Source: an uncultured Acidobacteriota bacterium
GTDB taxonomy: Bacteria; Acidobacteriota; Vicinamibacteria; Vicinamibacterales; CAVVIG01
Reading direction: 5' to 3'
DNA length: 64,000 bases
NCBI GenBank assembly: GCA_963770995.1
Contig: CAVYRS010000002.1
Location: 43,500-107,499 of the forward strand
Shown: piece after piece, positions 45,279-52,697 of the stretch
Layout: each line of letters begins with the position of its first letter
Position numbering within the stretch: the stretch's first letter is position 1
Notes under the pieces: generated by a model
The model's input: only the letters and a program-made list of their open reading frames with translations
Database searches by the model: none
Told to the model about the DNA's origin: nothing
Program-made: the position numbers and the translations under genes

Positions 45279-47140
45279 ATTCAACAACGCATCGATCTGC
45301 CACGAAAGCACGAAAGCACGAAACATCAAACTTATTCGGTTTTCGTGTTTTCGTGATTTCGTGGCTGATCCCGACCGCCGCGATCCTCTCGTCGGTTGCG
45401 GTCAGCGCGCAATCGAAAACCAAGACGCATGTCGAAACCCTCGCCTCACCTCGCCTCGAAGGCCGCCTCGCGGGCTCGAACGGCGAGAAGCTCGCCAGCG
45501 ACTACATCGTCGCGGAGCTGCAGAGAATCGGCGCGAAGCCGCTTCCCGGCCAGCGCGACTATCGCCTGCCGTTCGACTTCACGGCCGGCACGCGCGACGG
45601 CGGGTCGCGCATCACGGTCAAGGGTCAGACATTCGCGACCCCATCCGACGTTCGCGCGCTCTCGTTCGCCGACAACGCCGAGGTCTCGGCCGACATCGTG
45701 TTCGCCGGCTACGGCATCGTCGTGCCCGAGACGCAGGATTTCGGCTACGACAGCTACGCCACGCTCGACGTCAAGGACAAGGTGGTGCTCGTGCTCCGGT
45801 ACTTCCCGGAGGACGCGGATCAGAAGACGCGCGCGATTCTGGCCCGGTACGCGGATCTGCGATACAAGGCGCAGGCGGCCCGTCAGCGCGGCGCCAAAGC
45901 CATGCTCGTCGTCACCGGCCCCAGGTCGCCAAACGCCGGCGAAACGATCCCGATGACGTTCGACACCGCCCTCGCGGGATCGGGCATCGTCGCCGCGAGC
46001 ATCAGCGCCTCGGTCGCCAAGGCGATCTTCACGTCAATCCCTGACAAAACCCTGGAGTCGGTCCAGCAGTCGTTCGACTCGGGTAACCCGCACGTCGCCG
46101 GGTTCGCGATCCCCAATTCGACGGTGAGCGTCCGCACGGCGGTCGAGCGCGAGAAGCGCACCGGCCACAACGTCGTCGGGTACCTGCCGGCGACGACACC
46201 GGTCGGCACCACGGCGAAGCCTTGGGTGGCGCTCGGCGCTCATTACGATCATCTGGGTCACGGCGAGACCGGCAATTCGCTGGCGGGCAAAGACGAGACC
46301 GGCAGGGTGCATGTCGGCGCGGACGACAACGCGTCTGGATCGTCGGCGGTCCTGAGTGTCGCCGCGACGCTCGCCGCCCAGCCGCGCAGGCGCAACGTCA
46401 TATTCGGCTTCTGGTCGGGCGAAGAACTGGGACTGATCGGATCCGCAGCGTTTGCGGCTGCGCCGCCGGTGCCACTCGATCACGTGGCTGCCTACTTGAA
46501 TTTCGACATGGTCGGCCGCATGCAGGACAACAAGCTGACGATTCAAGCGGCCGGCACGAGTCCCGTGTGGGCGAAACTGATCGAGCAGGCCAACATCGCC
46601 GCCGGCTTCGACGTGCACGTCCAGACGGATCCGTATCAGCCGACTGACGTCGCGACGTTCAACAACGCCAGCGTGCCGTGCCTGAGCTTCTTCACGGGCA
46701 CGCACGTCGACTACCACAAACCGACAGACACCGCCGACAAGATCGACTACGAGGACCTCGATCGCGTCGTCGAGTTTGCGGCGGCCATCGTGCGCCGCCT
46801 CGGGGACACGGTGGAAGCGCCGCAGTTCACCAAGGTCGAACAGCAGCAGCAGAGCGGTGGCGGCCGCGCCGGCGTGCGCATTTTCACGGGAACGATCCCC
46901 GACTACGCTACCGACGCCAAAGGCCTGTTGCTGGGCGGCGTCATCGGCGGCGGGCCGGCCGAGCAGGCGGGGCTGAAGAAGGGCGACGTCATCGTCGAGA
47001 TCGCCGGCCAGACCATAACCAACATCTACGACTACACGTACGCGCTCGAGCTGCTCAAGATTGGCCAGCCCGCAAAGGTCATCTACGTCCGCGACGGGAC
47101 GCGCATCGAGACGACGCTGACCCCGGCTGCACGAAAGTAG
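45275..47140 (+). CDS. M28 family aminopeptidase with PA domain and C-terminal PDZ domain (start ambiguous: ATG 45275 or GTG 45353)
   Basis: Motifs are HNVVGYLPA, LGAHYDHLGHG, GADDNASGSSAVL, FWSGEELGLIGS and NFDMVG. The PDZ stretch is GGPAEQAGLKKGDVIVEIAG. The first 30 codons from 45275 read through word hairpin I. Confidence 0.85.
   Translation: MNSTTHRSATKARKHETSNLFGFRVFVISWLIPTAAILSSVAVSAQSKTKTHVETLASPRLEGRLAGSNGEKLASDYIVAELQRIGAKPLPGQRDYRLPFDFTAGTRDGGSRITVKGQTFATPSDVRALSFADNAEVSADIVFAGYGIVVPETQDFGYDSYATLDVKDKVVLVLRYFPEDADQKTRAILARYADLRYKAQAARQRGAKAMLVVTGPRSPNAGETIPMTFDTALAGSGIVAASISASVAKAIFTSIPDKTLESVQQSFDSGNPHVAGFAIPNSTVSVRTAVEREKRTGHNVVGYLPATTPVGTTAKPWVALGAHYDHLGHGETGNSLAGKDETGRVHVGADDNASGSSAVLSVAATLAAQPRRRNVIFGFWSGEELGLIGSAAFAAAPPVPLDHVAAYLNFDMVGRMQDNKLTIQAAGTSPVWAKLIEQANIAAGFDVHVQTDPYQPTDVATFNNASVPCLSFFTGTHVDYHKPTDTADKIDYEDLDRVVEFAAAIVRRLGDTVEAPQFTKVEQQQQSGGGRAGVRIFTGTIPDYATDAKGLLLGGVIGGGPAEQAGLKKGDVIVEIAGQTITNIYDYTYALELLKIGQPAKVIYVRDGTRIETTLTPAARK
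45299..45365. repeat. Word hairpin, cacgaaa vocabulary
   Basis: The sequence is gccacgaaagcacgaaagcacgaaac-atcaaacttattcgg-ttttcgtgttttcgtgatttcgtggc. Its right arm shares 25 identical nt with the copy at 7851. Confidence 0.9.
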
Positions 47141-47161
47141 CGCGGGGCTTTCCGCCCCGCG
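47141..47161 (+). terminator. GC-rich stem-loop immediately after the M28 stop (no U tract)
   Basis: cgcggggc (47141-47148) pairs with gccccgcg (47154-47161) around a 5-nt loop. It starts 1 nt after the TAG. Confidence 0.5.
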
Positions 47162-47282
47162 ATCGCGGCGCTCCACCCCACCGCGCAAAAAACGCGCGGC
47201 GGGGACCCCGGCCTGAACGGGCCGCGCTACGTGGTCGAACCGGGCTCGAACTTTGTAACGTCAAAACAGCAGGAGGTCTCCC

Positions 47283-47855
47283 ATGCCTCGGCTGTTTCAG
47301 CACACCGTCACCGCGGCCGCGCTGGCCGTCGTCTTCCTCGTCTCGTCCGGCACCGCCCAGACGCCCGAACGCTACTCCGCCGCCGCGATCAACGTGAACC
47401 GCGGCGCCGCTTCGCACATCGACATCGTCGTCAATCGCTGGTCCACCGACGCCGAGCGCGATCGCCTGATGTCCGTCATGCTGGAACGCGGACCCGACAA
47501 GCTGCTCGACACGCTTCAGGATCTGCCGCGCGTCGGCTATTTCCGCACGCCGGACAGCCTCGGATGGGACATCCATTTCGCGCGCAAGATGCCGGGCGCC
47601 GACGGCGGCGAACGCGTGACGCTCATCACCGACCGGCGCATCGGCTTCTGGGAAGCGTCGCGCCAGCCGCGCTCGTTCGACTACCCCTTCACCGTGATCG
47701 AGATGCGCCTCAACGGCGACGGCGAGGGCGAAGGCAAGATGTCGATTGCGACCAAGATCATGGCGGACAAGCAGAGCAACACCATCGTGCTCGAGAACTA
47801 CGATCTTCAGCCGGTGCTGCTCAACAACATCAAGCGCGAGAGGGCATCGCAGTAA
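47283..47855 (+). CDS. Secreted hypothetical protein
   Basis: AGGAGG lies 8 nt upstream of the ATG. The signal peptide is MPRLFQHTVTAAALAVVFLVSSGTAQ. I do not recognise any domain. Confidence 0.75.
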   Translation: MPRLFQHTVTAAALAVVFLVSSGTAQTPERYSAAAINVNRGAASHIDIVVNRWSTDAERDRLMSVMLERGPDKLLDTLQDLPRVGYFRTPDSLGWDIHFARKMPGADGGERVTLITDRRIGFWEASRQPRSFDYPFTVIEMRLNGDGEGEGKMSIATKIMADKQSNTIVLENYDLQPVLLNNIKRERASQ

Positions 47856-47926
47856 GAACGCAAAGCGCGCACGGACCGCAGAGGCCAACGTCTCTGCGAC
47901 CTTCGCGGCCTTAGCCTTCTTCTTAC
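47852..47926. repeat. Word hairpin, cgcaaag vocabulary, spanning both convergent stop codons
   Basis: The outer pairs are gtaagaa...ttcttac. The inner sequence is acgcaaagcgcgcacggaccgcagaggcc / gtctctgcgaccttcgcggccttagcc. Confidence 0.7.
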
Positions 47927-48879
47927 CGCCGGCTCAACGCCGCGAGCAGCGCGTCGAGCTGCTCGCGCATCTGCATCAGCCGCACACGATCCACCGCGAC
48001 CGTGCTTGGCGGGGACGGTGTATTGCCGCTCGTGCCGACAGGGCTCGGTGTCGTGTCGGCGAGAACGCGATCGAGGATCTGTTGAATATCCACGACGCGG
48101 GTGCGGAGATCGTCATCCGTCGACGGCACGGTCGTCGTGCGCACTGACGTCCCCGGTCGAGTGTCCGGAGACGGCGCCGGCGTCTGAGCCCGCCGCTCGC
48201 GATCGCCGGCGGCGGACATCGTTGCCCGCGCGTTCAACGCGCTGAGGAATGCGTTCGCTTGAGTCGGCGCTGAGAGTTCGCGGCTGGCCAGAATGGTGCG
48301 CGGCGTCGCGCGGCTGCCATACACCTCCGTGTTCGAATCCACATCGGGCCGCAGCACGACGCCCGAGAGATCGATGCCGACAAAGCGCCCCCCGGCGCGG
48401 GAGTACGCGAGCATCTCCGCGGTCGGCGCGACGTCGTTACCGACGTGCCCTTGCTGCCCGAGCGGGCCAGCGGCGACCGACGCATCCGCACCCAGCACGA
48501 TCTTGTCCTGCAGCATCTTCTGGACGCCCTGCTCGCTCATGACGAGGAGCACGACGTCCATCTCTTCGGCGCCGGCCTTGAATCCCCAGCTCCCGCCGGC
48601 GAATTGCATGAACGTCGGGGCGCTCCACCGCTCGCCGGCACGACAGCTCATCACTCCTCTGCCGTAGTTGCCGGCCGCCATCAGCGCGGCGTCCTTCAGA
48701 TCCGGAATCACGGCGACACACTGCGCACGGTTCCAGAACTCGTCCGGAACCGAGTCGTGGATGCTCTGGACGACACCGGCCGCGGCCGCAAGCCGAGCCG
48801 TCTGGCTCGGCGTGATCGCCGCGATCGCGGCACCAGCGGCCGTCACTACACTCACGGCCGCCGCGAGAAACCTCTGCAT
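47923..48879 (-). CDS. SYLF (Ysc84/DUF500) lipid-binding-domain protein with Pro/Thr-rich C-terminal extension
   Basis: ATG at 48879 gives MQRFLAAAVSVVTAAGAA. The SYLF-like core is CVAVIPDLKDAALMAAGNYGRGVMSCR...GGSWGFKAGAEEMDVVLLVM...ADASVAAGP. The remainder of ORF 47923..49968 is shadow sequence. Confidence 0.75.
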   Translation of the reverse strand: MQRFLAAAVSVVTAAGAAIAAITPSQTARLAAAAGVVQSIHDSVPDEFWNRAQCVAVIPDLKDAALMAAGNYGRGVMSCRAGERWSAPTFMQFAGGSWGFKAGAEEMDVVLLVMSEQGVQKMLQDKIVLGADASVAAGPLGQQGHVGNDVAPTAEMLAYSRAGGRFVGIDLSGVVLRPDVDSNTEVYGSRATPRTILASRELSAPTQANAFLSALNARATMSAAGDRERRAQTPAPSPDTRPGTSVRTTTVPSTDDDLRTRVVDIQQILDRVLADTTPSPVGTSGNTPSPPSTVAVDRVRLMQMREQLDALLAALSRR

Positions 48880-48933
48880 TTCGCACCTCTGGCATTGCCC
48901 CGGTGCAACCCGACTGCCATATGATGTGGCGCG

Positions 48934-49884
48934 ATGCCTCCTCGAAAGAAACCCGTTCGCCGCAAGAAAGTGGTGCCCGCGTCGGTCGGGCTGACGGCCG
49001 CCGAAACCCGCAACGCGGACAGCGCCGACCTGGAACGGCTCGCCGGTCAGGTGGAGCAAGACGACGGCGCAGTGCTGGCCCGATATCACGATCCCTTCGG
49101 CGGCACGCCGCTCCTCCTCGCCGCGCTGCCCATCGAGCGGGTGGAGCCGACGCCCTATCAGCGCGATCCCTCGGACACGCACGTCAAGCGGCTCATGGGC
49201 GTCATCGAGACCATCGGTCGCTTTCTCGATCCGATCGTCGTCGTGCGCGACAACGGCCAGTATTTGACGCCGAACGGCAACCACCGCCTGCAGGCGTTGA
49301 AGAAGCTCGGCGTCAAGACCGTGATCGGCCTGCTGGTGCCCGATCCGGATGTCGCCTTCAAGATTCTGGCGCTCAACACCGAGAAGGCGCACAACCTGCG
49401 CGAGAAATCGCTCGAAACCATTCGCATGGCGCGCGCCCTGGCGCGGCGTGGCGACAGCAAGGAAAAGGACTTCGCGTTCGAATTCGAGCAGCCGTCGTTC
49501 CTGACGCTCGGCGTCTGCTACGAGGAACGTCCCCGGCTCAGCGGCGGTGCGTACCAATCGATCCTGCGCCGCGTGGACGAGTTCCTCGACCAGCCGGTCG
49601 ACAAGGCGTTGAAGGAACGCGAGCGACGCGGCAAGAAGATCCTCAAGCTGGACGATGCGGTGGGGGCGGCCGTCGAGAAGCTGAAAGCCAAAGGCCTGAC
49701 CAGCCCCTACCTCAAAGCGTTCGTCGTGGCGCGCGTGAACTACACGCGCTTCTCGAAAGCGACGTCGTTCGACTACGACGAGACGCTCGACAAGATCATC
49801 GCCAGCGCGCAGAAGTTCAACGTCGATCGCGTGAAGCAGGAGGATGTGGCGAAGTCTGGAGGAGGCCCTGCTGACGACGAGTAG
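48934..49884 (+). CDS. ParB N-terminal (ParB/Srx fold) domain protein, stand-alone
   Basis: The stretch is LPIERVEPTPYQRDPSDTHVKRLMGVIETIGRFLDPIVVVRDNGQYLTPNGNHRLQALKKLG. It has a basic N-terminus (MPPRKKPVRRKK). Confidence 0.75.
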   Translation: MPPRKKPVRRKKVVPASVGLTAAETRNADSADLERLAGQVEQDDGAVLARYHDPFGGTPLLLAALPIERVEPTPYQRDPSDTHVKRLMGVIETIGRFLDPIVVVRDNGQYLTPNGNHRLQALKKLGVKTVIGLLVPDPDVAFKILALNTEKAHNLREKSLETIRMARALARRGDSKEKDFAFEFEQPSFLTLGVCYEERPRLSGGAYQSILRRVDEFLDQPVDKALKERERRGKKILKLDDAVGAAVEKLKAKGLTSPYLKAFVVARVNYTRFSKATSFDYDETLDKIIASAQKFNVDRVKQEDVAKSGGGPADDE

Positions 49885-49904
49885 GAGCCGCAGGACCTGG
49901 ATTT

Positions 49905-49965
49905 GCCACGACGTCACGAAGACACGAAACCAATCGGGTTCTTCGTGTCTTTGTGTCTTCGTGGC
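49905..49965. repeat. Word hairpin, cacgaag/cacgaaa vocabulary
   Basis: The sequence is gccacgacgtcacgaagacacgaaacc-aatcggg-ttcttcgtgtctttgtgtcttcgtggc. Confidence 0.85.
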
Positions 49966-49983
49966 CAACCGATAGGACGGAAC

Positions 49984-50838
49984 ATGAGACGTTTGCTGAG
50001 CGCGCTCGCGCTGCTAAGTGTTTGCGTGATTGTCGGGAGCGCGCAGCCAATCGTGAAGGGCCCGGCCACCGGCGCATTGGTGATCGTCGGCGGCGGGCGT
50101 GTCGGACCGGACATTCTCACGCGCTTCTTCGATCTCGCCGGCGGCCGCGACGCGACGCTCGTCGTGATTCCGACCGCCAACGGCGCTGACTCGTATCCCG
50201 ATGATTGGTCGGGCCTGCGGATGTTCAAGGAATTCGGCGTGACGAACATCACCGTGCTGCACACGACCGACCGCAAGGTTGCGGACTCGGAGGCATTCGT
50301 GAAACCGATCACGACCGCGCGCGCGGTCTGGTTTCCCGGTGGCCGGCAGTGGCGGCTGGCGGACTCGTACCTGCACACGCGCACGCAGCGTGAAGTAGAG
50401 CGCGTGCTCGAACGCGGCGGCGTCGTCGGCGGCTCGTCGGCCGGAGCGTCGATCCTCGCGTCGTACATGGTGCGCGGCGCCCGCGAGAACAACTACATCA
50501 TGATGGCGCCCGGTTACGAGGAAGGCTTCGGGCTGATCAAGGGCGTCGCGATCGATCAGCACATGCTCACGCGCAACCGGCAGGACGACCTCGAGGAAGT
50601 CGTCGCCAAGCACCCGGAGGTGCTCGGCATCGGGATCGACGAAAGCACGGCCATCATCGTGCGCGGCCAGCAGTTCGAGATCGCCGGCGCCAGCAAGGTG
50701 GCGATTCACGACGGACGCGTGGTCGCCAGCGAGCGGCAGCAGCGGAACGGGAAGAAGTATTTCTTCATGGCGCCCGGCGAGCGCTACGACCTCACCAAGC
50801 TCGAACGGATCGGACGCCGTCCAGCCTCAGAACCATGA
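49984..50838 (+). CDS. Secreted peptidase S51 / cyanophycinase-like (class I glutamine amidotransferase-like fold)
   Basis: ATG at 49984 gives MRRLLSALALLSVCVIVGSAQ. Motifs are LVIVGGG, VWFPGGRQW, GGSSAGASIL and AIDQHMLTRNR. Confidence 0.8.
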   Translation: MRRLLSALALLSVCVIVGSAQPIVKGPATGALVIVGGGRVGPDILTRFFDLAGGRDATLVVIPTANGADSYPDDWSGLRMFKEFGVTNITVLHTTDRKVADSEAFVKPITTARAVWFPGGRQWRLADSYLHTRTQREVERVLERGGVVGGSSAGASILASYMVRGARENNYIMMAPGYEEGFGLIKGVAIDQHMLTRNRQDDLEEVVAKHPEVLGIGIDESTAIIVRGQQFEIAGASKVAIHDGRVVASERQQRNGKKYFFMAPGERYDLTKLERIGRRPASEP

Positions 50839-52171
50839 TCTCCAGACGCGCATTTCTCGGCGTGGCGACGACTGCTCTTTCCGGTGTGGCGCAGGGCTTC
50901 AGCCCTGCGATCCAGGTTCAAGCCCCGCGCGTCGATGCGGTCCGGCTGCGCAAGCGAATCGAAGACGCTCAGCGTCTTCGGACGACCTGCCGGCGGCACG
51001 TTCGCCGACGGCGTGAGCCGCACCGCGTACTCGGATGCCGACATCGAAGGCCGCCGCTACGTGATGGCGCAGATGCAGCGCGGCCGGACTCCAGCCGCGC
51101 ATCGACCCCGCCGGCAACATCTTCGCGCGGCGCGAGGGAACCGAGCCGCGTCTTGCCGCCGATTCTGTTCGGGTCGCACATCGACTCCGTTCCGGGCGGC
51201 GGCAATTTCGACGGGGATCTCGGGTCGCTGTCCTCCCTTGGTGTGCTCGAAGCGCTCGCCGCCGCCGGCGTCCGCACGCGGCACCCGCTCGAGATGGTCG
51301 TGTGGGCGCACGAGGAGAGCTTTGCGTTCGGCCGCGGCCTCGCCTGCAGCCGCATCGTCGCCGGCGACTTCGCGCCGGCGGATCTCGACGAAGTCTGGAA
51401 CGGCCTGCGGCGCGCCGACGCGATCCGGAAGATCGGTGGCAACCCCGATCGCATGGCCGAGGCGCAGCGGCCGAAGGGATCGCACCACTGCTACCTCGAG
51501 CTGCACATCGAGCAGGGCGGCACGCTCGAGCGCGCGCGCGTCCCCGTCGGCGTGGTCGAAGGCATCGTCGCGATCGATCGCTACGACGCGACGATTACCG
51601 GCGTCGCCAATCACGCCGGCACGACGCCGATCGCCGAACGCCACGACGCCATGCTGGCGGCTGCGCACCTGACGGTCGCGGTCCGCGAAGCCGTGACGCG
51701 CGTGCCCGGACGCCAGGTCGGCACCGTCGGCCACATCGAGGTGACGCCGAACTCGCCCAACGTAATCCCCGGTCTGGTGCGGCTGTCGGTCGAACTTCGC
51801 GATCTTCAATCCGCAAAAGCTCGTGACGATGATGGAGGAGATACGCGCCCGAGCCCTCGAGATCGCCGCGGCGACGCAGACGACGATCGCGTTCAAGACC
51901 ATGGCGCGAGTGGATCCGGCGGCCGCGGCGCCGGAGATCCAGGCAGCGATCGAGCGCGCGGCGAAGTCGTTACGCCTCGAATCGTCGCGCCTGCCGAGCG
52001 GCGCCGGACACGATGCGCAGATGATGGCGCGCCTCGGGCCGATGGGGATGATCTTCGTGCCGAGCGTCGGCGGCGTCAGCCATTCGCCGAAGGAGCTGAC
52101 GGCCTGGCAGGACTGCGCGCAACGGCGCCGACGTCCTGCTGCGCACGATCCTCGAAATGGATCGCGTCTAG
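50835..52171 (+). pseudogene. M20 family Zn-dependent hydrolase (allantoate amidohydrolase / N-carbamoyl-L-amino-acid hydrolase type) with Tat-like signal and at least 5 frameshifts
   Basis: The start is MISRRAFLGVATTAL. Later segments lie in different frames: GVSRTAYSDADIEGRRYVMAQM / RIDPAGNIFARREG / ILFGSHIDSVPGGGNFDGDLG...HCYLELHIEQG...ITGVANHAGTTP / MMEEIRARALEIAAATQ...LPSGAGHDAQMMA...FVPSVGGVSHSPKE / NGADVLLRTILEMDRV-stop. Confidence 0.8.
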
Positions 52172-52246
52172 AACGCAAAGCACGCAAAGAGCGCAGCGAA
52201 GCCTCCAGGCCATGAATTCTTTGCGGTCTTCGCGGTCTTGGCGTTC
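52171..52246. repeat. Word hairpin, cgcaaag vocabulary
   Basis: The sequence is gaacgcaaagcacgcaaagagcgcagcgaagcc-loop-ttctttgcggtcttcgcggtcttggcgttc, between convergent stops. Confidence 0.85.
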
Positions 52247-52591
52247 TTACTTCAGGGCGATGTAGAGGTTGAGCCCGCCCATCAGCAGGAAGAACGGCGC
52301 GACGAAGAGCCATTCCTGCCCCTCGCCCGCCAGCACCGCGATGAAGGCCAGGAGCCCGGCCCCCAGCCAGCCCGCAGCCGTCACCAGGATGAATTGATGG
52401 GCGCGGCCAACCGCATCGTCGTTCCAGCGCCGTGTCCGCCGCTGCTTGATCTCCGAACGCGCGACGCGCGAGGCGAAGAACACGACGAAGGCGGCCGCCG
52501 TCCACGGCTGACCGCCCGACACGCCGACGACGAGCACCGTGACGGCGCCAATCGCGAAGAGCGACAGCCAGAATGCGCGAAAAGCCGTCAC
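52247..52591 (-). CDS. Small integral membrane protein, unknown function
   Basis: A GTG at 52591 gives TAFRAFWLSLFAIGAVTVLVVGV... with 3-4 hydrophobic helices. The ORF N-terminal extension is a translation of hairpin M. Confidence 0.55.
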   Translation of the reverse strand: MTAFRAFWLSLFAIGAVTVLVVGVSGGQPWTAAAFVVFFASRVARSEIKQRRTRRWNDDAVGRAHQFILVTAAGWLGAGLLAFIAVLAGEGQEWLFVAPFFLLMGGLNLYIALK

Positions 52592-52596
52592 AATGA

Positions 52597-52691
52597 CATT
52601 GCAGGATTGCGGAATGGCAGGATTGCAGGATTGCCATTGGGAAATTGACGCAATGAATCCTGCAATTCTGCAATCCTGCAATCCCGCAATG
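52597..52691. repeat. Word hairpin, gcaggatt vocabulary
   Basis: The sequence is cattgcaggattgcggaatggcaggattgcaggattgcc-attgggaaattgacg-caatgaatcctgcaattctgcaatcctgcaatcccgcaatg. Confidence 0.9.
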
Positions 52692-52697
52692 TCACTG

